From NCBI GenBank assembly GCA_903825435.1, contig CAIKAP010000097.1:10547-74546 (forward strand): a DNA stretch of 64,000 nucleotides. The letters run 5' to 3'. Positions 38,689-49,585 of the stretch are shown here, piece after piece (the first letter of the stretch is position 1; each line of letters starts with the position of its first letter). Under the pieces are notes generated by a model. It had not been told where the DNA came from. It was given only the letters and a program-made list of their open reading frames with translations, and searched no databases. This stretch comes from an uncultured Verrucomicrobiota bacterium. Lineage in GTDB: Bacteria; Verrucomicrobiota; Verrucomicrobiia; Palsa-1439. The translations under genes and the position numbers were made by a program.

Positions 38689-39001
38689 ATTAGTATTTTA
38701 CTGGCAACCTATATTGCGGTCAATCGGTAGATTGGTATCTCTAAATGTGACGGTTTTCCTTCGTAACCGGAGATTCTAGTGATGATGGCTGAGACCGTAG
38801 GAGTGCAATCCCTCGGCCTCGCGGAGCAGGGGAACGGCGAGGGGCAATGCTCCTACGATGACCAGGCTAAAGGGAAGAACGTTCCTTTACGTCGCGACGT
38901 TGAGGGAAGGCTTCCCCTCGATGAGGGAACGCGCTCCCTCGACGAGGGAGAGGTCTCCCTGAATGAGGAAATGCGTTCCCTTGGTCTGGTGGAACATCGC
39001 A

Positions 39002-40603
39002 TCACTGACGTTTGATAGGGCAAAACTCAGTAGAGATTCTCGGTCGGTGTCGACGTCGAGGATCAACCTCGGCATGAAGCGAAGTGGTTACATCCTCTGG
39101 TTCGCCGTCCGATTTCCTCTTCAAGTAGATGTGTTCGAATGTCGCATTGAGTTCTTTGATGTCGTTTTCTCTGCAACCTCCGCTCTTCCTGACGTCAGCA
39201 AGGATTCGGTTCACCATCCCGTCAACATGGGTCAGTTGTCGACTACTCGGAGCGACAAACGGCAACTTCTTGACATAGTTCGCGGAATTATTGGCAGACG
39301 GGTTGATAACGCGCAGGAGTGAAGTGCAGACGGTTGTGTTGCAGAAGCCAAGCAGATAGTAGAGATATTTCTCTTCGTGAGGGAAAACCCCAACGATTGA
39401 CTGGTCAAAAAGTCGCTTCTCCATCAGCGAAGCGGTGACGTTCGTTGACGAGACCATTGGTATCGCGATGCCTTTTCGGAAGTAGAAAGTGGGATTCTGG
39501 AATCTTGCCTTCTTATCGGTCATGTAGTGCCGCACCGCATCGACGCTCCAGTCTAGGAACCAAAGATCGGGTTTGATGAAGCGTACGCCGCCCCCTTTTA
39601 CGATGGGGATGAAGCACTCCCTTCCGGGAAGCCCCTTGAGAGATGGCATGTCGCCGCAGTAGACCGTGTCCGGGGTGATTGCCTGATACTTCGACCCGTT
39701 ACGGATCTCGTTCGACAAGACACGAAGAAACACCTTGTCGTTTCCTGAGTATATTCCGGTCACGCAATCGGCAATGTCTCCAACGCGCACGTCCGCGCTC
39801 GACACGAGTGATGTTAAGTCTCTGTTCTCACTCAGAAACAGAGCATGGTCTATCGCATCAAGCAAGTCGCCCTGTATCACGACCATCCGGTTGACACATC
39901 CGGCACCTGATACGAGTTCCTCAACCTTCTCGTACCCCCAGGAAACCTCAATTTGATTTTCCCTAATGCCGTCGGCTGGTGTAATCCTGCGAAGTGTAAC
40001 GATTGAGAGGTTTGAGTATCCGAAGTTCACGCCTGGGAAGAAGGATGAGGGAAATAGGGCGATGCTTTCAATGCATGAGTCGGTGAGGAGACTATGTCTC
40101 AATGCCGTGTGCATGTGAAGATTCAGGTATGTGTCAGGGATGATGAAGACAAGGCGACCACCTGGCCGTAGCAGGTGAAGGGACTGATATAGAAAGAGCG
40201 CGTAGGTCTCTCGAACATAAAGTCCGGGGTATAGCGACTTCAATCCCTTTCTCTTCTCATACTCCTGCCATGCGCCGTAGGGTGGGTTTGCGATGGCAAA
40301 ATCGTAGTACCCTCCCATGTTCATCTTCAGGAGGAGATTCGGATCGAGGAGCGTGTCCGACTGCGTGACGTGAACACGACTTGTGTTCCCGTATTTACTC
40401 AACAGTCCCTGCGCAGCGGCAGGATTGAATTCGTATGCGTCAACGTCAATATCTCCCTGCGCGGACAGAACGGCATCTACCAAAACCCCGTCGCCTGCGC
40501 ATGGTTCCAACATGCGGCAATGTGGCTTTGGTCGCAACCGAGACACCATGTAGTCTAAGATTGGTTGCGACTTGGTGTAATATGCTTGAAAGGTTGACTT
40601 CAT
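39002..40603 (-). CDS. N6-adenine DNA methyltransferase, gamma class (Eco57I/TaqI-like), with a C-terminal target-recognition domain
   Basis: Motif I LEPCAGDG followed by motif IV IANPPYG. 533 aa. Lower GC than the flanking DNA. Confidence 0.8.
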   Translation of the reverse strand: MKSTFQAYYTKSQPILDYMVSRLRPKPHCRMLEPCAGDGVLVDAVLSAQGDIDVDAYEFNPAAAQGLLSKYGNTSRVHVTQSDTLLDPNLLLKMNMGGYYDFAIANPPYGAWQEYEKRKGLKSLYPGLYVRETYALFLYQSLHLLRPGGRLVFIIPDTYLNLHMHTALRHSLLTDSCIESIALFPSSFFPGVNFGYSNLSIVTLRRITPADGIRENQIEVSWGYEKVEELVSGAGCVNRMVVIQGDLLDAIDHALFLSENRDLTSLVSSADVRVGDIADCVTGIYSGNDKVFLRVLSNEIRNGSKYQAITPDTVYCGDMPSLKGLPGRECFIPIVKGGGVRFIKPDLWFLDWSVDAVRHYMTDKKARFQNPTFYFRKGIAIPMVSSTNVTASLMEKRLFDQSIVGVFPHEEKYLYYLLGFCNTTVCTSLLRVINPSANNSANYVKKLPFVAPSSRQLTHVDGMVNRILADVRKSGGCRENDIKELNATFEHIYLKRKSDGEPEDVTTSLHAEVDPRRRHRPRISTEFCPIKRQ

Positions 40604-40610
40604 TACTTTT

Positions 40611-41537
40611 CTACCACACTAGGTATTTCAGAAGGTCGTTCTTCCTTAGATGACTGACGGTTGCTTTACTTAGGTCTGCCTTCCAGTCCACGTTTGCCGC
40701 AATCCATGCCTTCAAGTCAAAGCCAGTAAACTGCTGTATCTGCACGTATGTCTCGTCACCACAATACGCCGACCAAATGCCGGAATTCTTCAGCGTCTGA
40801 AAGTAGTTATTATTCTGATCCTCCGGTGAACGCACAAGCAGCAAGCACCGGTAGTTCTGCTCAAGATTCGCGTAGATTGTCGCGACTAACAGAAGGCGGT
40901 TCGTGTTGCCCTTCTCGTTGGAACCGAAACCGCTCTTGAAGTCAACATTGTAGCGCACCTTCTGTCGCGCAAAGTGCAGATCGAGTTCCAGTTTGATTTC
41001 TCCCGAAGTGACCAGTGTCCACACCTTGCCGTAATACTTCTTCAATTCGGCCTTCTGCGACGGGGTGATATTCAGTCCATCAATGAAGGCTTCGATTTCA
41101 TCCGTCATCATCTTCTTGACCTCTGAAAACAGAGGCGGTACGAAAAGCGTCAGGTCCTTGATCGGATACTCAAAGCAGAGTTTGCAGAAAGGTTCCCACA
41201 ACTCACCAACCCGTCGCGAGAAGGCCATGTATTCGTATTCCCATACGGCATTTCGGAGATCAATCATGGAGACGTAGCTCGCATAGGTTGTGAGCAAAAT
41301 GCACTTCAACGTTTCCTCAGTGCGCCACTTCTCCTGTCGCGCCCGTTGAAGAATGTTTGCGATAAGGGTGTCACGTGTGGCCGTTACTGCTTTGTTAACC
41401 GATCCTGCGCGAGACTGGGTTTCGCTGACGGCATACTGCCGAGTGATCTCTTCCATGGACTCCTCCCCACGATTTCGGAAGTAGTCTAGGAGTGTCGCTT
41501 TGCTTCGAGACAGGGCTGGTGTAATCGTGATGCTCAT
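40611..41537 (-). CDS. Putative Type II restriction endonuclease, partner of the methyltransferase
   Basis: 308-aa protein, GC-poor, 7 bp upstream of the methyltransferase on the same strand. No recognisable family. Assignment is by context only. Confidence 0.4.
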   Translation of the reverse strand: MSITITPALSRSKATLLDYFRNRGEESMEEITRQYAVSETQSRAGSVNKAVTATRDTLIANILQRARQEKWRTEETLKCILLTTYASYVSMIDLRNAVWEYEYMAFSRRVGELWEPFCKLCFEYPIKDLTLFVPPLFSEVKKMMTDEIEAFIDGLNITPSQKAELKKYYGKVWTLVTSGEIKLELDLHFARQKVRYNVDFKSGFGSNEKGNTNRLLLVATIYANLEQNYRCLLLVRSPEDQNNNYFQTLKNSGIWSAYCGDETYVQIQQFTGFDLKAWIAANVDWKADLSKATVSHLRKNDLLKYLVW

Positions 41538-41603
41538 ATGATCTCCTTTTTCATCTCTCGGCGAACAGTATGCTTTACTGCATTCCGCATATAATAATGT
41601 GCC

Positions 41604-43148
41604 CTACAGCGTCGGCTTTTCCGTTTCGTTTCGGCGGCGTTGTTCGTCGAGGTGGCGGTTTAGGGCGTTGAGGTAGGCGAGGGCGCTGGCTTCGATGATG
41701 TCGGTGCTGTTGCCTTTGCCGGTGACGATGCGTTCGCCGAACTGGACGCGGACGCTGACTTCGCCGATGGCGTCTTCGCCGCTGGTGACGCTGGCGACGT
41801 TGAAGTCGTTCAAGCTGCCTTTGATGCCGGTGATGCGGTCAATGGTCTTGAGGGTGGCGTCAATCGGGCCGTCGCCGGTGCTGGCGTCGGCGGTCGGTTC
41901 TTTCTTGTCGGCTTGGATGAGGCGGACGCTGGCGGTGGGGATGGTGCCGGTCATGACGCTGAGGTAGTCGAGCTTCCAGATTTGGGGGACTTCGGTGAAC
42001 GCGCCTTCGACGAGGGCGCGGACGTCGTCGTCGTAAACGTGTTTCTTTTTGTCGGCGAGTGTCTTGACCTGTTCGGTGACGCGGCGGATTTCGTCGTCAT
42101 TGAGTTTGTAGCCCATTTCTTCGAGTTTCTTGCGGACGGCGTGGTGGCCCATGTGTTTGCCCCACGTGAGTTCGCTGGTGCGGCCAACGTCCTCGGCGCT
42201 CATGATCTCGTAGGTCGCGCGGTTCTGGATCATGCCGTGCTGGTGGATGCCGGATTCGTGCGCAAAGGCGTTGTCGCCGACGATGGCTTTGTTGCGCTGG
42301 ACGACCATGCCGGTGAGATGCGAAACGAGGCGGCTCGCGGGATAAATCTGGCGCGTGTCAATGCCGGTGGTGAACCCGCCGAATGCGTCGGCGCGTGTCT
42401 TGAGCGCCATGACGGTTTCTTCGAGGGAGGTGTTGCCCGCGCGTTCGCCGAGGCCGTTGATGGTGCACTCGACCTGGCGCGCGCCGTTGAGGACGGCGGC
42501 GAGGGAGTTGGCGACGGCGAGGCCGAGGTCGTTGTGGCAATGCACGCTGATGACGGCGTCCTTGATGTTCGAGACGTGCTCGTAAAGATATTTAATGAGC
42601 GCGCCAAACTGATGCGGCGCCGCGTAGCCGACGGTGTCGGGAATGTTCACCGTCCGCGCGCCCGCCGCGATGACGGCCTCGGTGACTTGCGCGAGAAACT
42701 CCGGCTCGGTGCGCGAAGCGTCCTCGGGCGAGAACTCGATGTCGGTGCAACGGGCGCGCGCGCGTTTCACGCCTTCGACGGCGCGACGGATGATTTCGTC
42801 CTGCGCCATCTTGAGTTTGAACTCGCGGTGAATCGCGCTGGTCGCGAGGAAAACGTGGATGCGACCGCGTTCGCCCGCCGGTTTCACGGCGTCGGCGGCG
42901 CGATCAATGTCCTTGTCAACGCAACGCGCGAGACCGGCGATGCTCGGCCCTTTGATTTCAGTGGCGATGGCCTGAACGGCCTCGAAGTCGCCATCGCTGG
43001 CGATGGGGAAGCCCGCCTCGATGACGTCAACCTTGAGCCGCGCGAGCTGGCGCGCGACCTCGAGTTTCTCGCGGGTGTTCATCGAAGCTCCGGGGCATTG
43101 CTCGCCGTCGCGGAGAGTGGTATCGAATATGATTACTTTTTCGCTCAT
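41604..43148 (-). CDS. leuA: 2-isopropylmalate synthase (long form)
   Basis: [17 protein letters not shown], HxH metal site ([17 protein letters not shown]), and a C-terminal regulatory domain. Confidence 0.9.
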   Translation of the reverse strand: MSEKVIIFDTTLRDGEQCPGASMNTREKLEVARQLARLKVDVIEAGFPIASDGDFEAVQAIATEIKGPSIAGLARCVDKDIDRAADAVKPAGERGRIHVFLATSAIHREFKLKMAQDEIIRRAVEGVKRARARCTDIEFSPEDASRTEPEFLAQVTEAVIAAGARTVNIPDTVGYAAPHQFGALIKYLYEHVSNIKDAVISVHCHNDLGLAVANSLAAVLNGARQVECTINGLGERAGNTSLEETVMALKTRADAFGGFTTGIDTRQIYPASRLVSHLTGMVVQRNKAIVGDNAFAHESGIHQHGMIQNRATYEIMSAEDVGRTSELTWGKHMGHHAVRKKLEEMGYKLNDDEIRRVTEQVKTLADKKKHVYDDDVRALVEGAFTEVPQIWKLDYLSVMTGTIPTASVRLIQADKKEPTADASTGDGPIDATLKTIDRITGIKGSLNDFNVASVTSGEDAIGEVSVRVQFGERIVTGKGNSTDIIEASALAYLNALNRHLDEQRRRNETEKPTL

Positions 43149-43177
43149 GTGTTCCTTTGTAACGCAAACGTCGGTCT

Positions 43178-43219
43178 GGGAAAATAAAAAACCCACCCCG
43201 ACCTTCGCGTCGGGGTGGG
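43178..43219 (-). terminator. Intrinsic terminator acting as the leuA attenuator (GC-rich hairpin followed by UUUUUUAUUUU on the minus strand)
   Basis: Stem CCCACCCCGAC / GTCGGGGTGGG at 43192-43219 with loop CTTCGC. The U-run is the reverse complement of 43181-43191. It lies about 33 nt upstream of the leuA ATG. Confidence 0.6.
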
Positions 43220-43242
43220 TTTGGATATTGTTTCGATAGACC

Positions 43243-43311
43243 TCAGCCCACTGGATCCGACGCGAATCGAAGCAGTCGCAAACCCAGCAATAGGTTGAGG
43301 TTGTTATTCAT
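43243..43311 (-). promoter_or_regulatory. Leucine-rich leader peptide ORF (MNNNLNLLLGLRLLRFASDPVG) of a transcription-attenuation leader
   Basis: Translated directly. 7 Leu in 22 codons, using mixed Leu codons. Located 24 nt upstream of the terminator hairpin. Confidence 0.55.
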
Positions 43312-43428
43312 TTCATCGCTAGCGTACCAGTGTCGTCGCGTTTGTCAAGCCCGCCGGACGGTCGTATCTGTGTTCGGTGCAAATTCTGTCTTGAGGAACT
43401 TCGCTGGTTGAATGAAGATGACGCGACA

Positions 43429-44907
43429 ATGGATCGCCTCATTGCTTCTGTGCTGATGTTGGTTGCCTCGATTGCAGCGGCTGGTGACTCGCCGGAGTTC
43501 TGCGGGTCGCACTCAAAAAATATGGTTGCCGACGAATGGAACCTGCCGGAGACGTTTTCATTTGGCGAAAAAAATACAGCCAAAGGCTGCGTAGATGTCT
43601 CCACCGCCAGCAACGTTGCTTGGGGGGTGCGACTCAATTCTGTCATGTACCCGTCACCGAGCGTGGCCGCAGGGAAAGTGTTTGTCGGCGGGGGTGACCT
43701 GAGCAAGGGGACGTTGAATTGCCTTGATGCCCGCAGCGGTGAAGTGCTCTGGCAATATCGCGATCCGTACCGGCAGTTCCCAAAAGAGATTGAAAAAGGC
43801 AGGAAGTTCATGATCGGCCACATCACGCGCAACCTCGGCATTGTTTCCACCGCCGCCGTGGAGGACGACTGTGTGTATTTCGTCAACCACCGTTGCGAAG
43901 TGCTTTGCCTCGATGCCGCTAGCGGCAAACGCGTCTGGAGCTTCGACCTGTGGGACTACGGTATCCGTCCCGCCGATGCCTGCAACGGCTCGCCACTGAT
44001 TGATGGTGACCTGCTCTACGTCTGCACCTCCAACGGCACCGACCGCGACGCCCAGGTCGCCTACTACGACGCCCGCCCGACGCCCGCGCCAAATGCGCCG
44101 AGCCTTATCTCGCTCGACAAACGTACCGGCCACCTCGTTGCCGCGGACGATGCGCGACAGATCGGACCGAACATCATGCACGGCCAGTGGTCCACGCCTT
44201 CGCTCGGCATTGCGCGCGGACGTAAACTCGTTTTCTTCGGCGGGGGCGACGGCTATTGTTACGCCTTCGACGCGGCCACGCTGAAGACTGTCTGGCGTTT
44301 CGACTGCGTTCCTGCCGAGTACAAACCGACCGGCGACCTGAAATGGGCAGCGTGCTATTCGCTCGGCGACAAGCGCCTCAAACAATCGTTGAACAAGAAG
44401 GACAAAAGTAGCTACGTTGGCACCAGTGAGATCCTCGCCAGCCCCGTCTTTTACAAGGAGCGTATCTACGTCCCCATCGGACGCGACCCAGAACACGGTC
44501 GCGGACGCGGTGCGCTCTGGTGCCTCGACGCCGCCACCGGTAGCAAAGTCTGGGGGTACAAGGGCCTCGACCGTACGCTCTCCACAGTCTCCATCGCCGA
44601 CGGATTGCTCTACGTCGCCGACATCGCCGGTAGAGTCCATTGCCTCGACGCCGAGACTGGCAAGGTGTACTGGGTGCACGAAACCGGCGAAGTTCTCTGG
44701 TCCTCGACGCTGGTGGCCGACGGCAAGGTTTACCTACCGACGACGAAACACTTCTGGGTGCTCGCTGCCGGCAAGGAGTTGAAGGTGCTCAATTCCATCC
44801 GCGTTGGTGCGCCAGTCTATTCCTCCGTCGTGGCGGCCAACGGCGCACTATATTTCTCCGCCTTCAACGGCTGGCTCTATGCCCTCCGTAAAAATCCTAA
44901 GCATTAA
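43429..44907 (+). CDS. PQQ-like beta-propeller repeat protein (BamB-like fold), secreted
   Basis: Signal peptide. Repeated GxVxWxxxxG/LYVxxxxGxxxxLDAxTGKxxW motifs typical of PQQ/WD-like propellers. Confidence 0.65.
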   Translation: MDRLIASVLMLVASIAAAGDSPEFCGSHSKNMVADEWNLPETFSFGEKNTAKGCVDVSTASNVAWGVRLNSVMYPSPSVAAGKVFVGGGDLSKGTLNCLDARSGEVLWQYRDPYRQFPKEIEKGRKFMIGHITRNLGIVSTAAVEDDCVYFVNHRCEVLCLDAASGKRVWSFDLWDYGIRPADACNGSPLIDGDLLYVCTSNGTDRDAQVAYYDARPTPAPNAPSLISLDKRTGHLVAADDARQIGPNIMHGQWSTPSLGIARGRKLVFFGGGDGYCYAFDAATLKTVWRFDCVPAEYKPTGDLKWAACYSLGDKRLKQSLNKKDKSSYVGTSEILASPVFYKERIYVPIGRDPEHGRGRGALWCLDAATGSKVWGYKGLDRTLSTVSIADGLLYVADIAGRVHCLDAETGKVYWVHETGEVLWSSTLVADGKVYLPTTKHFWVLAAGKELKVLNSIRVGAPVYSSVVAANGALYFSAFNGWLYALRKNPKH

Positions 44908-45144
44908 TTTCTAAACAAATCATAATGACCAAAGTGGCAATGACTCAAACGCGACACACAACCGACAAACTGATTTCTGTCATTGGAGTTTTTCACCTTC
45001 GTACCTGTTTAGAGCTTGGAATTGCCGCTGCCATTATGGATGAAATGCGCGGGGCGGAGCGGTACAGATCAGAGGGGCAGACCTTTACAAGTCACCGAAA
45101 GACTGACTTGCCATTCGTGGCGGAATCGGAACATTTTGCGGGCG

Positions 45145-45603
45145 TTAGGATTTGGCGCGACGGGCGTCGGCTAGGGCGCGGTCGGTCTCGCGGTTGGCTT
45201 CCTTGCGCTTGAGGGTCTCGCGTTTGTCGTACTGGCTTTTGCCTTTGCCGAGGGCGAGGAGAACTTTGGCGTAGCTCTTGGTGAAATAGATCCGGAGCGG
45301 TAACAGGGCCATGCCTTTGACTTGGAGTTTGCCGGTGAGGTGGTCGATTTCTTTTTGGTGGAGGAGGAGTCGGCGCGGTCGGAGCGGGTCAACGTTCCAG
45401 CGGTTGCCCTGCGCGTAGGCGGCGATGTGGCAGTTGTAGAGCCAGCACTCGCCGCGTTCGATTTTGCCGAACGCGTCGTCAATCGAGGCGCGGGAGGCGC
45501 GGAGGCTCTTGACCTCGGGGCCTTTCAACTCGATACCGGCTTCGAGCGTCTCACCGATGACGTAGTCGCGGCCCGCTTTGTGGTTGTGAATGGTCGGCGG
45601 CAT
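45145..45603 (-). CDS. smpB: SsrA-binding protein
   Basis: VIGETLEAGIELKGPEVKSLRA...LLLHQKEI matches SmpB. Confidence 0.9.
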   Translation of the reverse strand: MPPTIHNHKAGRDYVIGETLEAGIELKGPEVKSLRASRASIDDAFGKIERGECWLYNCHIAAYAQGNRWNVDPLRPRRLLLHQKEIDHLTGKLQVKGMALLPLRIYFTKSYAKVLLALGKGKSQYDKRETLKRKEANRETDRALADARRAKS

Positions 45604-45687
45604 GTCGTCGGCAGTATAACGGGTGCAGTCGTAAATCCCAAGTTCTCTCTTGCGTGGCAGCGGGGTGGCTCCTAGATTCGCGGTCGG

Positions 45688-47274
45688 ATGCAACCGTTTG
45701 CCTACAATCTGACGCTGGCCGTGCTGTTCGCGGGTGCAGCGGCAGTCGGGATCTGGTTCCTGAAATGGAAGAAGGATTGGCCGTTGCTGGACCGTGTAGT
45801 GGCGGCGCCGTTGGCGGTTGGGTTCGTGGCGCTGCTGGGGATGTGCGCGAGCAGTGTATTGCAGGTGCCGTTCTTCGGGTGGAACGCGGCGCGGCTGGCA
45901 CCGACGTTCGCACTGGTCAATGGCTACCGGCTCTATTATCCCGCCGACACTGGGCCGGTGTTGAATTCGATTTATGGGCCGGTGACGGCGTTGGTGTATT
46001 TACCGGCGACACTGGCGAAAGCGCCGACCAGTGCATTGGTCGGTGGTGGCATTGTGAGTGTATTGCTGTTTTTCGGGCCGGTGGTGTGGTTGTTGGTGAA
46101 GATGGGGAAGGCGTCTCATTGGATGGTGGAGGCGGCGGCTTTCCTGTGTTTCGGCTTCATCACCTGCTATTCCTATCCTCTGAGATATTCCGCGTTTTGC
46201 ATTCACGCCGACGCGCCGGCGCTTGGTCTAGGAGGGTTGGCGTGCGCGGTAATCTGTTTGAGGGAACGGGAGGAGGAGTGGAAACTGTTGGTTGCCTCCG
46301 CTGTTCTGGCGGTGTTGAGCGTGTGGGCGAAGCAGACGATGGCGCTGATGCCAGTGGCGCTGGCCGTGTGGGTGTTGGTGCGATTTGGGGTTGCTTCCTT
46401 TAGACGGTATTTGCTGGCGCTATGCGGTGCGGGTCTGATGGTTTCGGTGGTGTTCGTGCTGGCGTTTGGCCCGTCGGCAATGTTCTTCAATCTATTTCAG
46501 TTGCCGAGCCATCACCCGTGGCAGGGCGAGAAAGTGAAATGGTTGGTGCAAGCTTCCTATGAACTGCTGGACGAGTCGTTACTTGTGTTGGCCGTGATCG
46601 TGGTTGGATTTGTCCTGCGGTACAGCAAGAATTCGTCAGGGCTCCGGTCTTGGCGTGATGATGTCAGGGCTAGCAACTGGCCATTATTCGTGCTAGTGGG
46701 GGTGTTCAACACTCCTGCCGCCGTGCTGAATCGCGTTAAAATAGGCGGCGACATGAACGCATTGAGCGTATCACTGTATTTCTGGATGATTGGAGCCATG
46801 CTGCTGGTGGTGGAGATGGCCGAGACGGAGGAGAAGATCGGTGCACAGACGGCGAAGGCGGCGCTGGCGATGCTGGTGATTGGGTTTATGGCGAATGCGA
46901 CGGGACGGCTAAAGAATTTATATTCAGTGGCGGAAGTGTTCCGTAACAACCAGCAAGAAGTCGCCTGTCGGATTTTGCGAGACAATCCTGGTGCGGTGTA
47001 TTTTCCAAACAATCCGCTGGCGCACCTGATGACCGAGGGGAAGCTTTACCATTTTTCGTACGGGTTGATTGACCGCAGGCTAGGTGGACACACGGTGACG
47101 ACAGAACATTTCCGTGCGTATGTCCCGCCAAAGGCGCACGCGGTGTTTTTCGGCAGTGTGTGGCCGGGCAATGAGACGATGACGCGCGAGGAAACGATGC
47201 AATATTTACCCGGCTTCATCCTGAAGGGAAAGGACTCGTATGGCTGGACGGTGTACCTGCGGGCGGAGCGCTAG
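45688..47274 (+). CDS. Polytopic membrane protein (possibly a glycosyltransferase-like/DUF2029-type), function unknown
   Basis: At least 10 hydrophobic helices. No soluble catalytic domain recognised. Confidence 0.45.
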   Translation: MQPFAYNLTLAVLFAGAAAVGIWFLKWKKDWPLLDRVVAAPLAVGFVALLGMCASSVLQVPFFGWNAARLAPTFALVNGYRLYYPADTGPVLNSIYGPVTALVYLPATLAKAPTSALVGGGIVSVLLFFGPVVWLLVKMGKASHWMVEAAAFLCFGFITCYSYPLRYSAFCIHADAPALGLGGLACAVICLREREEEWKLLVASAVLAVLSVWAKQTMALMPVALAVWVLVRFGVASFRRYLLALCGAGLMVSVVFVLAFGPSAMFFNLFQLPSHHPWQGEKVKWLVQASYELLDESLLVLAVIVVGFVLRYSKNSSGLRSWRDDVRASNWPLFVLVGVFNTPAAVLNRVKIGGDMNALSVSLYFWMIGAMLLVVEMAETEEKIGAQTAKAALAMLVIGFMANATGRLKNLYSVAEVFRNNQQEVACRILRDNPGAVYFPNNPLAHLMTEGKLYHFSYGLIDRRLGGHTVTTEHFRAYVPPKAHAVFFGSVWPGNETMTREETMQYLPGFILKGKDSYGWTVYLRAER

Positions 47275-47504
47275 ACCTTGGGTTCGGTCTCGTTCTCAGG
47301 CTTGACCTGTGGCTCGATCTCGTAGCTGAACTTGCCTTCGCTGACTTCCTTCAGGGCGATGTCGGCAAAATCCATGCGCGGATCGGTGATCGTCAGCGGG
47401 CGATGACCTTGGATAAGCTGGCGGACGCGCCGGGAGATTATGTTGATGAGCAGTTCCGGGTTGGGAACTTGTTGCTGCGCGGTGATTAAATATTTGCTGT
47501 TCAT
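47271..47504 (-). CDS. rpoZ: DNA-directed RNA polymerase subunit omega
   Basis: MNSKYLITAQQQVPNPELLINIISRRVRQL matches the RpoZ N-terminus. Confidence 0.75.
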   Translation of the reverse strand: MNSKYLITAQQQVPNPELLINIISRRVRQLIQGHRPLTITDPRMDFADIALKEVSEGKFSYEIEPQVKPENETEPKV

Positions 47505-47609
47505 CCTAGTGTGAGGCGCGATTGTCCATGATTCGTGTCGAAACGCAAGCGTGAAAGTGGGGGCGGACCGTTTACGATCCGCCCCCACGCAGTTTTAGTC
47601 GAATACGAC

Positions 47610-49250
<1,641 letters not shown>

Positions 49251-49263
49251 TTACTCCTTTTGG

Positions 49264-49551
49264 TTATTCGATGATGCCGAGTATCTGATTCTCTTCCATG
49301 ATCAGACACTCCTTGCCGTCAATCTTGATCTCAGTGCCGCCGTATTTGCTAAACAGCACGCGATCACCCTTATTTACGTCCATTGGAATCAGCTTGCCGT
49401 TGTCGTCGCGCTTGCCGGCGCCGACGGCGACAATCTTGCCTTCCTGGGGTTTTTCCTTGGCGGTATCGGGAATGATGATGCCGCCCTTCTTTACTTCCTC
49501 TGCTTCGATCGGCTGCACGAGCACCCGATCTCCCAACGGTTTTACGTTCAT
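49264..49551 (-). CDS. groS: Co-chaperonin GroES
   Basis: [19 protein letters not shown]...[15 protein letters not shown]. Confidence 0.9.
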   Translation of the reverse strand: MNVKPLGDRVLVQPIEAEEVKKGGIIIPDTAKEKPQEGKIVAVGAGKRDDNGKLIPMDVNKGDRVLFSKYGGTEIKIDGKECLIMEENQILGIIE

Positions 49552-49585
49552 GCTTCTCTCTGCTCCTTTTGGTTTTGGTTTCCGG

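Noticed and set aside
38779-39015. 78-aa ORF (MMMAETVGVQSLG...)
   Set aside because: It is the translation of the tandem mini-hairpins and intergenic DNA. Low complexity; no RBS.
36700-41600. Integrase, transposase or att repeats bounding the defence island
   Set aside because: None is present. The nearest tRNA (32980) is 3.7 kb away, with housekeeping genes in between.
41913-43187. 424-aa plus-strand ORF
   Set aside because: Antisense to leuA; Gly/Asp/Val-rich translation.
43654-44679. 341-aa minus-strand ORF
   Set aside because: Antisense to the PQQ-propeller gene.
44908-45144. tmRNA (ssrA) next to smpB
   Set aside because: No tRNA-like acceptor or T-arm, no GGGG...CCA ends, and no tag-peptide ORF was found in the flanks.
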